The notes under the pieces: generated by a model
Database searches by the model: none
Told to the model about the DNA's origin: nothing
The model's input: only the letters and a program-made list of their open reading frames with translations
Program-made: the position numbers and the translations under genes
From: Candidatus Blackallbacteria bacterium
Lineage (GTDB): Bacteria; Cyanobacteriota; Sericytochromatia; UBA7694
Direction of reading: 5' to 3'
NCBI GenBank assembly: GCA_051715345.1
Contig: JBPXJQ010000004.1
Coordinates: 1-25,018 of the forward strand
DNA length: 25,018 nucleotides
Shown: positions 1-7,066 of the stretch, piece after piece
How the letters are laid out: every line of letters begins with the position of its first letter
Numbering within the stretch: the first letter of the stretch is position 1

Positions 1-168
1 TTGGCAATTTCAAAATCCACCTGAAGAATCTCATTTTTCCATGCACAGCAATCAACATCATGCCTTAAACGAATGGGCGAACCTGCGCAGCCGGGTTTTC
101 AGCATTCAAAATACCACCCACTACTTTTTGCAGCGTTTTTACACGCCCTCTCCGAAAAAAACGACACC

Positions 169-1524
169 ATGAAAACAAAGGCTTTTTCGCTTGTTGTTAT
201 TGTGCTTGCTCTCAGCGCCTGTAGCTCCAATTCTCTCAGTCCAGCGACTACTCCCACAGCCTCTCCCACGGTCGTGCTCTCTCCCAGCGCATCCCCAGCA
301 ACAGTTACACTCACCCGCCTCACCAAAGGCCCTGCCAACCTGCCCCTGCGCGACGACCTGCTGCTCTGGAGCAGCCAATTGCAAAAGCTCGTCCAACTCA
401 CGGGCCTGAGCCCGCCTGCTGCGGCCCGGCTTTACGCCTATGCCGGGATCGCCATGCACCTGGCGCTCAATCCCGAAACCCGTCTGCAAGACAAATTAAT
501 CGGCCTCAAAGCTTTGCCAGAAGCACCAGCGAAGATCGACCCACGCCTGTATTTACACGCGACGCTCAACACGCTTTTGCCCGAAGTCATTTTGGCCACC
601 TCCCGGCAGCGCCAGCTCTTGCAAGAGATCGACTTGGCCCAGCGCAAAGCCCTCGATTTTCAAACCGCCGAAGCCAAACAGGCTTTGGAATCAGGCCAAA
701 AACTGGGGCAGCATTTGGCCCAGTGGGCCCGCGAAGATGGCTATTTACGCACCCGCAGCTTGACGTATACCCCGCCGCCGCGCAGCCAGAATCCCGCCTT
801 TTGGGGCCCAACAGCCCCCAGCCAAAAGGCTTTGGAGCCCTATTGGGGCACATTGCGGCCTTTTGTATTGCCCGAAGCCAAAACCTGCCACACGCCGCCC
901 AAGGTCAGCTTTAGCACGGCTGCGGATTCACCCTTTTTAAAAGAGGCCCGCGAAGTGCTTGAAACCGGGCAAACGAGGACTCCCGAGCAGACGGCCATTG
1001 CACGCTGGTGGGCCGATAATCCGGGTGAATCGCCCACGCCGCCAGGGCATTGGTTGGCACTGGCAGCGCAATTGCTCAAAGAGCGCCAAATCGGGGCCTA
1101 TCAGGCGGCTCAGGTTTTGGCTGTTTTGGGGCTGGCGCTGTCCGATGCCTTTGTCTCTTGCTGGAGCAGCAAATTTGAGGTCAATTTACTCCGGCCCGTG
1201 ACGTATATTCAGCAATACCTCGACAGGCCCCAGTGGAAGCCTCTGCTCACCACGCCCCCTTTCCCCGAATACCCATCGGGGCATTCTGTTGGCTCGGGGG
1301 CCGCAGCTGAGGTTTTAGAAGCCTTGCTGGGCCCTGGCCCGTTTACAGACCAGACCCATGTCTTGCGCGGGCAAAAAGCACGCAGCTTCGCCAGTTTTCG
1401 CGCAGCGGCCGACGAAGCGGGCATTTCACGCTTGTATGGCGGCATTCACTACCGCGATGCCATCGATCAGGGCTTGGCACAGGGGCGCTGTGTGGGGCAG
1501 GCTGTGATGAATCGGCTGGAGTAA
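169..1524 (+). CDS. PAP2-superfamily (acid phosphatase / vanadium-dependent haloperoxidase-like) lipoprotein
   Basis: ORF 73..1524. An internal ATG at 169 gives MKTKAFSLVVIVLALSAC, a classic lipoprotein signal with an LSAC lipobox. PAP2 motifs are present: K-x6-RP (KFEVNLLRP), PSGHS, and SRLYGGIHYRD. I saw no obvious Shine-Dalgarno sequence. Confidence 0.8.
   Translation: MKTKAFSLVVIVLALSACSSNSLSPATTPTASPTVVLSPSASPATVTLTRLTKGPANLPLRDDLLLWSSQLQKLVQLTGLSPPAAARLYAYAGIAMHLALNPETRLQDKLIGLKALPEAPAKIDPRLYLHATLNTLLPEVILATSRQRQLLQEIDLAQRKALDFQTAEAKQALESGQKLGQHLAQWAREDGYLRTRSLTYTPPPRSQNPAFWGPTAPSQKALEPYWGTLRPFVLPEAKTCHTPPKVSFSTAADSPFLKEAREVLETGQTRTPEQTAIARWWADNPGESPTPPGHWLALAAQLLKERQIGAYQAAQVLAVLGLALSDAFVSCWSSKFEVNLLRPVTYIQQYLDRPQWKPLLTTPPFPEYPSGHSVGSGAAAEVLEALLGPGPFTDQTHVLRGQKARSFASFRAAADEAGISRLYGGIHYRDAIDQGLAQGRCVGQAVMNRLE
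1305..1524 (+). repeat. Direct repeat copy A: the 3' 220 bp of the PAP2 CDS, repeated at 3189..3408
   Basis: By eye, this 220-bp block aligns without gaps to 3189..3408 with about 21 mismatches, roughly 90 % identity. Confidence 0.85.
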
Positions 1525-1539
1525 AGTTGAATGCGACAA

Positions 1540-3093
1540 TCAAAGCGCATCCACCAGCACATCAAAACCAACAATATTACGGCTCTCCCGGCTAAATTCG
1601 ATCCCAATCAGGGTGATTTCAATTCCTGGCGCTCTGTATTTTTCGGCGTAGCCTTTGTCAATTAACTGTTGCAACGCTTGGCCCGTGGAACTGCCTTCTA
1701 TGACTTTGAATTCAAACAGGTAAACACGGTTGTCCAATTTGAGGCTGAGGTCAATCCGACCATGGTTCGTGATGTCCTCTGGCTGTGCATCGAGCCCCAG
1801 AGCGGCCAATTGACTATAAAACACGCTGGCATAATGCCCTTCAAATTCCGCTATGGGATTTCGCCGATACCATTCATAGGGAATACTGGCAAACAAAGCA
1901 AAAACGCTCTGTTGTAGGGCCTCCAGATCGTGTGCTTCTAGCGCTGCTTCTAAACGGTTTCGAGCAACAAAAGCAGGTTGGGCTTCTGGCCCATACAAGG
2001 GTAGAATTGAGTCATTTAAAGCCATTTCCACTTCGCGATTGGGATAGCCCAAAATATATGTCCAGGTTCCTGAACGGGATTGTTTAACTTCGTGAAAAGT
2101 CAAATACCCAGCTTGCCACAACACAGCCTCTGGAGCCATATGCTCCACATCAAAACTCGACAGAATCGCTTCATTGGCTTCCCGGCGCATCAAATCTGGC
2201 GTAAACCAATTTTTTCGGGCCAATAACTCAATCAGAAATGTGGGGGAACCTGTTTCAAACCAATGTGATTTAAAGACGCGTTTTTGAAAGAGTAGCAAGA
2301 GATCATATGGGTTGTAGACCGCTTCGCCGGTCCAATTATAGCCATTGTACCAATGCCGAATTTTTTCGCGATTGAGGGCTTTTATTTCAGTTGCAAAGAT
2401 TGTATCTACATCTCTGTCTGTATAGCCACAAATAGCAGAGTATTCTGCATCTACAGTAATATCGTTGAGGTTATTCAGGCCTGAGAATAAACTGAGTTTG
2501 GAGAATTTACTCACGCCCGTGATAAACACAAACTTGATATGAGCATCACTGTCTTTGAGCACCGAATAAAAGCTGCGCAAGGCCTCACGCATCTCACGTG
2601 CAATCTCGGAATGGGTGATATTGTCCAGAATAGGCTTGTCGTATTCGTCAATCAGGACAACCACACGTTGTGCGCTTTGGTGATGAATGTTCTGGATGAG
2701 TCGTTTGAAACGACTGGGAATATCTGGCAAATGTTCGGTGATGTTCCAGGCCGTTTCATACCCCTCCAATTGTTCGTGGATAGCGGCTTCGAGGGCGGAT
2801 AAGTGTTTGTGCACACCGGCTCCAAAACTGAGTCGAATGACAGGGTACTTCACGGACCAGTCCCAGTGATTTTCGGCGTACAGTCCTGCAAACAGAGCAC
2901 GGTTGACCTCAAACAACTCTTTGAGCGTATCCAGAAACAAACTCTTGCCAAAGCGCCGGGGTCGCGACAGAAAATAATGGCTGCCCTCTGCGATTAATTG
3001 CAGGGCCAGTGGGGTTTTGTCTACATAATAACAATTCTCTTCACGCAGTTTGGCGAAGGTTTGAATGCCGATTGGCAATTTTTTGCGCGTCAT
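1540..3093 (-). CDS. AAA-ATPase-like domain protein with a C-terminal PD-(D/E)XK nuclease-fold domain (PF09820 + PF08011-type architecture)
   Basis: 517-aa ORF. The N-terminus IGIQTFAKLREENCYYVDKT is typical of the predicted AAA-ATPase family. A P-loop (RPRRFGKS) and a Walker B motif (VVVLIDEYD) are present. The C-terminus carries GRIDLSL...LFEFK, a D...ExK nuclease motif. The gene is visibly lower in GC (about 37-45 % in sampled 60-mers) than its flanks (about 60-67 %). Confidence 0.75.
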   Translation of the reverse strand: MTRKKLPIGIQTFAKLREENCYYVDKTPLALQLIAEGSHYFLSRPRRFGKSLFLDTLKELFEVNRALFAGLYAENHWDWSVKYPVIRLSFGAGVHKHLSALEAAIHEQLEGYETAWNITEHLPDIPSRFKRLIQNIHHQSAQRVVVLIDEYDKPILDNITHSEIAREMREALRSFYSVLKDSDAHIKFVFITGVSKFSKLSLFSGLNNLNDITVDAEYSAICGYTDRDVDTIFATEIKALNREKIRHWYNGYNWTGEAVYNPYDLLLLFQKRVFKSHWFETGSPTFLIELLARKNWFTPDLMRREANEAILSSFDVEHMAPEAVLWQAGYLTFHEVKQSRSGTWTYILGYPNREVEMALNDSILPLYGPEAQPAFVARNRLEAALEAHDLEALQQSVFALFASIPYEWYRRNPIAEFEGHYASVFYSQLAALGLDAQPEDITNHGRIDLSLKLDNRVYLFEFKVIEGSSTGQALQQLIDKGYAEKYRAPGIEITLIGIEFSRESRNIVGFDVLVDAL

Positions 3094-3188
3094 GGTTTGT
3101 GGTCCTTTGGGGCCGTGGCAGTGGGTTCACAGGGATTGCCCTTATACCGATTATAACAGGGGGTTATCTGGCCAAGACAAAAAAGTGA

Positions 3189-3408
3189 AGCCGAGGTCTT
3201 AGAAGCCTTGCTGGGATCTGGGCAATTTACAGACCAGACCCATGTCTTGCGCGGGCAAAAAGCGCGCAGCTTCGCCAGTTTTCGCGCAGCGGCTGACGAG
3301 GCGGGCATTTCACGCTTATATGGCGGCATTCATTACCGCGATGCCATCGATCAGGGCTTGGCACAGGAGCGCTGTGTGGGGCAGGCTGTGTTCAACCGCT
3401 TAAACTGA
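3189..3408 (+). pseudogene. Orphan 3' fragment of a PAP2 homologue (direct repeat copy B). It encodes the last 66 codons, including the SR-x5-H-x2-D catalytic motif and a stop codon
   Basis: ORF 3208..3408 translates to ...FTDQTHVLRGQKARSFASFRAAADEAGISRLYGGIHYRDAIDQGLAQERCVGQAVFNRLN, against ...QGRCVGQAVMNRLE at 1524. It has no 5' part, no ATG and no RBS. Confidence 0.75.
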
Positions 3409-3428
3409 AACGCTGAAGTATTTAGATC

Positions 3429-3458
3429 TTTACAAGAAACCGGATTAAATGTTAAAAT
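3429..3458 (+). promoter_or_regulatory. Candidate sigma70-like promoter TTTACA-N18-TAAAAT for the rhodanese/P450 pair
   Basis: TTTACA at 3429-3434 and TAAAAT at 3453-3458, about 32 nt upstream of the ATG at 3490. The spacing is inferred by eye. Confidence 0.3.
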
Positions 3459-3466
3459 TATATTAA
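3452..3466 (+). promoter_or_regulatory. Shared 15-mer TTAAAATTATATTAA, copy 1, 23 nt upstream of the rhodanese lipoprotein start
   Basis: Exact 15/15 match to 12444..12458. Confidence 0.5.
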
Positions 3467-3489
3467 ATTCAAGTTAATCCGAGGTTCCC

Positions 3490-3960
3490 ATGTCCTTTTT
3501 AGCCAAAACCCTTTCTGCAGCATTGGCCACTCTGGCCCTGACGGCTTGTGCCTCTCAACCCATGCTGATGCCTTCAGCCAGCCGCATGCCTGCCGCCTTG
3601 CAGTCCATGCGTGCCCAAACCAATTTTAAGCCCCAGGCCGTGGTGACCATTTCTCCCCAAGAGGCCCATGATTGGGTCATGGATCCCCAATCCCAATGGC
3701 TGGTGCTGGATGTGCGTACCCCCGAAGAATTTGCCCAGGGTCGCCTCAAAAATGCCACCTTGATGAATTTTTATGATCCGGATTTTAAAACCAAACTCGA
3801 AGACATGAACCGCCACCAGCCCACGATTTTGTATTGTCGCAGTGGCAATCGCAGCGGCCAGGCCTTGGAAATCATGCGCGCACTGGGCTTTAAAAATGTC
3901 TACGAAGTGCGCGGCGGCATTCTCGCTTGGCAAGCCGCGGGCTTTCCCGTGGTTAAATAA
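3490..3960 (+). CDS. Single-domain rhodanese (sulfurtransferase) lipoprotein
   Basis: The signal and lipobox MSFLAKTLSAALATLALTAC are present. The rhodanese fold includes the active-site Cys loop CRSGNRS. An RBS GAGG lies upstream. Confidence 0.8.
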   Translation: MSFLAKTLSAALATLALTACASQPMLMPSASRMPAALQSMRAQTNFKPQAVVTISPQEAHDWVMDPQSQWLVLDVRTPEEFAQGRLKNATLMNFYDPDFKTKLEDMNRHQPTILYCRSGNRSGQALEIMRALGFKNVYEVRGGILAWQAAGFPVVK

Positions 3961-3983
3961 TTAGAACCTGAAAAAAACCGCCC

Positions 3984-5327
3984 ATGAAAACCATGCGTCC
4001 CCCAGGGCCACCCGCTTGGGAATCGGCCCGGACGCTGCAGCGCTTTCGCAGGAACCGACTTGAATTGTTTTCCTCGTTGGCAGCGGAATACGGGGACCTT
4101 GTCTATTATTATATGGGCACACAGCCCATTTGCCTGGTGACAGACCCGGCCCTGATCAAACAGATTTTGACCGTGGATCACCGCCAATTTAAAAAAGGCC
4201 GCCTGCTGGAATTGGCCAAAGACATGTTGGGAGAGGGCCTGCTCACCAGCGAGGGCGAGTTTCATGCCCGCCAACGCCGGATTATTCAGCCCCTTTTTCA
4301 CCGCCAGATGATTCGGGCCTATGGCGAGACCATGGTCGAGCAGGGCAGCCGTCTGCGCGAGCGCCTGCAAGCGGGCCAGGTGCTGGACATGGCCCAGACC
4401 ATGATGCAATTGACCTTGGCGATTGTCGGCCAAACCCTTTTTGATGCCGATGTCGAAGGGGAGGCCACCGAAGTCGGGGCAGCGATGCACACCGTGCTCG
4501 ACATGATCAATCTGATGGGCAATCCTCTGGCCCTGTTGGCCCGCAAGTTCAATATTCCCAATCCCACCCGCCAGCGTTTTTTGGCCGCCAAAACCCTTTT
4601 GGACAGCACCATCGATGGCATCATTGCCGATCACCGCAGTGGCAAAAGCACCCGCCATGATCTGATCGGAACTTTGCTCACGGCCCGCGACACCGAAGGT
4701 GACGGCCAAGGCATGTCGGATTTGCAAATCCGACACGAAGCGCTCACGTTGTTTATGGCGGGGCATGAGACCACCGCCAATGCCCTGGTCTGGACCTGGT
4801 ACCTGCTCTCTGAGCATCCCAGGGTGGAGGCCCTTTTGCAGCGCGAACTCCAAGCTGTGTTGGGCGATCGCCCGCCCACGGTTGATGACCTGCCCCACTT
4901 GGTTTATACCCGCCAGATCATGACCGAGGCCATGCGTCTCTATCCCCCCGCTTGGATTCTCGGCCGCCGCGTCTTAAATGACTATGCCATCGGCACATAC
5001 ACCCTGCCTGCAAATTGTGTGGTGTTGATCAGTCAACAGATCGTCCACCGCAGCCCGCGTTGGTTTAGCGACCCAGAGCGTTTCTTACCCGAACGCTGGA
5101 ACGACGATCTGCGCCAGCAGATGCCCAAATTTGCCTATTTCCCTTTTGGAGGTGGGCCGCGCAATTGCATTGGCGAGGCCTTTGCCTGGATGGAAGGAAT
5201 GCTCTTGATTGCCACGTTGGCTCAGAAATGGCGCTTTCGGCTGGTGCCGGGCCATCCGGTCGAGCCAGAACCGCTGATCACCCTGCGGCCCAAGTTTGGC
5301 CTGCAGATGCGGATCGAAGCGAATTAG
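3984..5327 (+). CDS. Cytochrome P450 monooxygenase
   Basis: Heme-binding signature FPFGGGPRNCIG, I-helix AGHETT, and ExxR (EAMR). The gene lies 24 bp downstream of the rhodanese gene with no terminator between them. Confidence 0.9.
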   Translation: MKTMRPPGPPAWESARTLQRFRRNRLELFSSLAAEYGDLVYYYMGTQPICLVTDPALIKQILTVDHRQFKKGRLLELAKDMLGEGLLTSEGEFHARQRRIIQPLFHRQMIRAYGETMVEQGSRLRERLQAGQVLDMAQTMMQLTLAIVGQTLFDADVEGEATEVGAAMHTVLDMINLMGNPLALLARKFNIPNPTRQRFLAAKTLLDSTIDGIIADHRSGKSTRHDLIGTLLTARDTEGDGQGMSDLQIRHEALTLFMAGHETTANALVWTWYLLSEHPRVEALLQRELQAVLGDRPPTVDDLPHLVYTRQIMTEAMRLYPPAWILGRRVLNDYAIGTYTLPANCVVLISQQIVHRSPRWFSDPERFLPERWNDDLRQQMPKFAYFPFGGGPRNCIGEAFAWMEGMLLIATLAQKWRFRLVPGHPVEPEPLITLRPKFGLQMRIEAN

Positions 5328-5356
5328 TTAGCGTTTTAGTTAGCGCTTAGTTTAGG
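5325..5356. repeat. Tandem about 12-bp repeat (TAGTTAGCG[T/C]TT, two copies plus a partial one) in the convergent gap
   Basis: The sequence tagttagcgttt tagttagcgctt agtttagg contains stop codons in every frame. It sits between the P450 stop (5327) and the stop of the minus-strand gene (5347). Confidence 0.5.
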
Positions 5357-6258
5357 GGCGAAAGCACAACCATGCGGCGGTAAGTGGGGTCGCCCCCAGC
5401 GGGCAAGCGGGACTCCAGTACTTCGCGTTTGTACTGTTGCATTTGGCTTTGGGCTGTGGTGGTGACCGTTGTGCTCACGCCGTTGTACACCGCTTTCCAA
5501 TTGACATCCACACCCATTTTGCCAGCATCGGCCAAGGCGGCAACCACCACCGCTTGGGTGCCCAGACCGGGCACTTTGGCAGCCACAATCACGGAGGCAC
5601 TGGCAGCCACGAGTCCGAGCCCCATTTTGGTAAAGCTCTTTAAATTGGGGTCGACCCAGAAATTGTGAATGTCTTTTCCGGCAATGGCCACATCCATGGC
5701 GGCAACGCCGACATTTAAGACTGAACCCACACGGCCCAGGGCCTGACTGCCGCGGGTCAAGACAGACCCCGCTTGGCCCACATGTTCCGCCAACAATTTG
5801 CTCAAGGTGCCCACACTGGTGGTGGCACCCTTGGTGCTGTTGATCAGGCCTTTGAGGTTTTCGGGATTGGGATTTTCAAGACTTTTATCCAGGTTTGTGC
5901 CAAACGACTGCACCGAAGCCACAGCCCCCAAAGGGGCACTGACATTGCCCAAGACCTGTTGAACTTGGCCACGGGTCAATTGTTCGCCGAGATCTACAGC
6001 GGCTTTGAGATTGGCCGCATTGACATCCCCTTTGCTCAAGCGGCTGATCTGCTCAATTTTGGCCACGGTGCCCAGGGCTTCTTGGGCTTCAGTGCCTGCC
6101 ACGCCGGTTGACAGCACTTTTTGGGTGGCTGCTTTGGCCTCATTCAGGGCTTTGAGATTTTCTTCGGGCAAGGCCTGAAGATTTTTCACAGGCTGAAAGA
6201 GGGCTCCACTGCGGTGGAGTTGGGTCAGCTCGGAATAATTGTTTGTGATGTTTCCCAT
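5347..6258 (-). CDS. Hypothetical alpha-helical protein with a C-proximal hydrophobic helical hairpin
   Basis: 303 aa with no signal peptide. It has repeated G-x-V/L-G-rich amphipathic segments. Two hydrophobic helices of about 17 aa each, GLGLVAASASVIVAAKVPGLGTQAVVVAALADAG, are separated by a KVPGLG turn. Confidence 0.55.
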   Translation of the reverse strand: MGNITNNYSELTQLHRSGALFQPVKNLQALPEENLKALNEAKAATQKVLSTGVAGTEAQEALGTVAKIEQISRLSKGDVNAANLKAAVDLGEQLTRGQVQQVLGNVSAPLGAVASVQSFGTNLDKSLENPNPENLKGLINSTKGATTSVGTLSKLLAEHVGQAGSVLTRGSQALGRVGSVLNVGVAAMDVAIAGKDIHNFWVDPNLKSFTKMGLGLVAASASVIVAAKVPGLGTQAVVVAALADAGKMGVDVNWKAVYNGVSTTVTTTAQSQMQQYKREVLESRLPAGGDPTYRRMVVLSPLN

Positions 6259-6378
6259 GGTCTCTGTTTTTTGGTCAAATATTGATTGCAGTCTTAGTTT
6301 AAATATATGGCCTGGGTGCCCAAAGCTGACTTAAGAGGACGTTAAGAATGGATTATTTTTTGACAAAATTTAGTTTGG

Positions 6379-6936
6379 TTACAGGCTTTCAGACCATTGG
6401 GCTGTGCGTTTTATTCGCTTTAAATCATACCCTTTGGCCTGAATTCGGCTGAGAATGGCTGAATACTGCACGGGGTCCATCTCTGGCGTGCGGCTGAGGA
6501 TCCAGAGATAATTGCGGCTGGGGTGCCCCACCACGGCATAGCTATAATTGCTGTCGAGATCGATCACCCAATAATCCCCAGCAAAGGGCCCAAAGAATGA
6601 AACTTTAAGTTTGGCCTGATTCGATGAGTCTACCACGGTCGCCCGACCTTCGATCCGCTCGAGGCGATTTTCTTTTGGCAAATAACATTGGTTCCAGACC
6701 TTGACCGATTTGTCGGTATTCAGGGTATAGGTGGCAGTGGTGCCCACACAATCGGGGCTCTGAAAAGGGGCGGAGATACTGGCAATTTCGAACCAGAGGC
6801 CGAGATAAAGAGAGAGATCGACGTTTTCTACGGTTTGCAAATCTTCGCTTTGGGCAAACGCAGGTGAATCTGCCTGCCCAAATGATAAGCCAAGCGTCAA
6901 GCAAAGACAGGCAAGTGCCTGAACAGATCTTTTCAT
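6379..6936 (-). CDS. blc: Outer-membrane lipocalin Blc
   Basis: Signal and lipobox MKRSVQALACLCLTLGLSFGQA. The stretch AKLKVSFFGPFAGDYWVIDLD...NYLWILSRTP closely matches the E. coli Blc core ALKVSFFGPFYGGYNVIALD...DYLWILSRTP. A GxW motif (LGLWFEIA) is present. An RBS GAGG lies 10 nt upstream of the ATG at 6936. Confidence 0.9.
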   Translation of the reverse strand: MKRSVQALACLCLTLGLSFGQADSPAFAQSEDLQTVENVDLSLYLGLWFEIASISAPFQSPDCVGTTATYTLNTDKSVKVWNQCYLPKENRLERIEGRATVVDSSNQAKLKVSFFGPFAGDYWVIDLDSNYSYAVVGHPSRNYLWILSRTPEMDPVQYSAILSRIQAKGYDLKRIKRTAQWSESL

Positions 6937-7023
6937 GGTTGGAACCTCGGTCTGTATTGAGAGCATCAGCATCTCTGTTTGAGTTTTAACACTTGCTTCA
7001 GCTTAAAGGGAAGCCAATTGCCA

Positions 7024-7035
7024 AGGGCATGCCCT
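7024..7035. promoter_or_regulatory. Perfect 12-bp palindrome AGGGCATGCCCT about 90 nt upstream of blc
   Basis: The sequence is self-complementary. It lies in the blc promoter region, just downstream of the stop of the 7067..8095 gene, and has no T-tract. Confidence 0.3.
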
Positions 7036-7066
7036 CTTCTCTAGGCCAAACCCCTAAGCCAGACCG

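Noticed and set aside
73-168. A 32-codon N-terminal extension (MGEPAQPGFQ...) of the PAP2 ORF.
   Set aside because: The internal ATG at 169 starts a textbook lipoprotein signal peptide (MKTKAFSLVVIVLALSAC). The upstream extension would bury that signal and is probably untranslated leader.
1209-1445. Minus-strand ORFs 1209..1445 and 3090..3329 that share the identical N-terminus MPPYKREMPASSAAARKLAKLRAFCPRKTWVWSVN.
   Set aside because: Both are antisense shadow ORFs inside the duplicated PAP2 3' end, copies A and B. Their similarity only reflects the direct repeat, and they have no independent coding evidence.
1525-1560. A weak palindrome ATGCG-N10-CGCAT between the convergent PAP2 and ATPase-nuclease stops, considered as a possible terminator or att core.
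   Set aside because: The stem is only 5 bp with a 10-nt loop and no T-tract. It is not distinguishable from chance.
3900-4898. Long antisense ORFs: 3900..4898 (332 aa) opposite the P450 gene, 16101..17081 (326 aa) opposite fadB, 22640..23317 and 21752..22480 opposite pckG, 9302..9871 and 10079..10735 opposite the ALDH gene, and 17716..18309 opposite the RNB gene.
   Set aside because: These are typical stop-poor shadow frames in GC-rich coding DNA, with Gly/Arg/His-rich low-complexity translations. The sense-strand genes carry strong family motifs, and the antisense ORFs have no RBS or recognisable domains.
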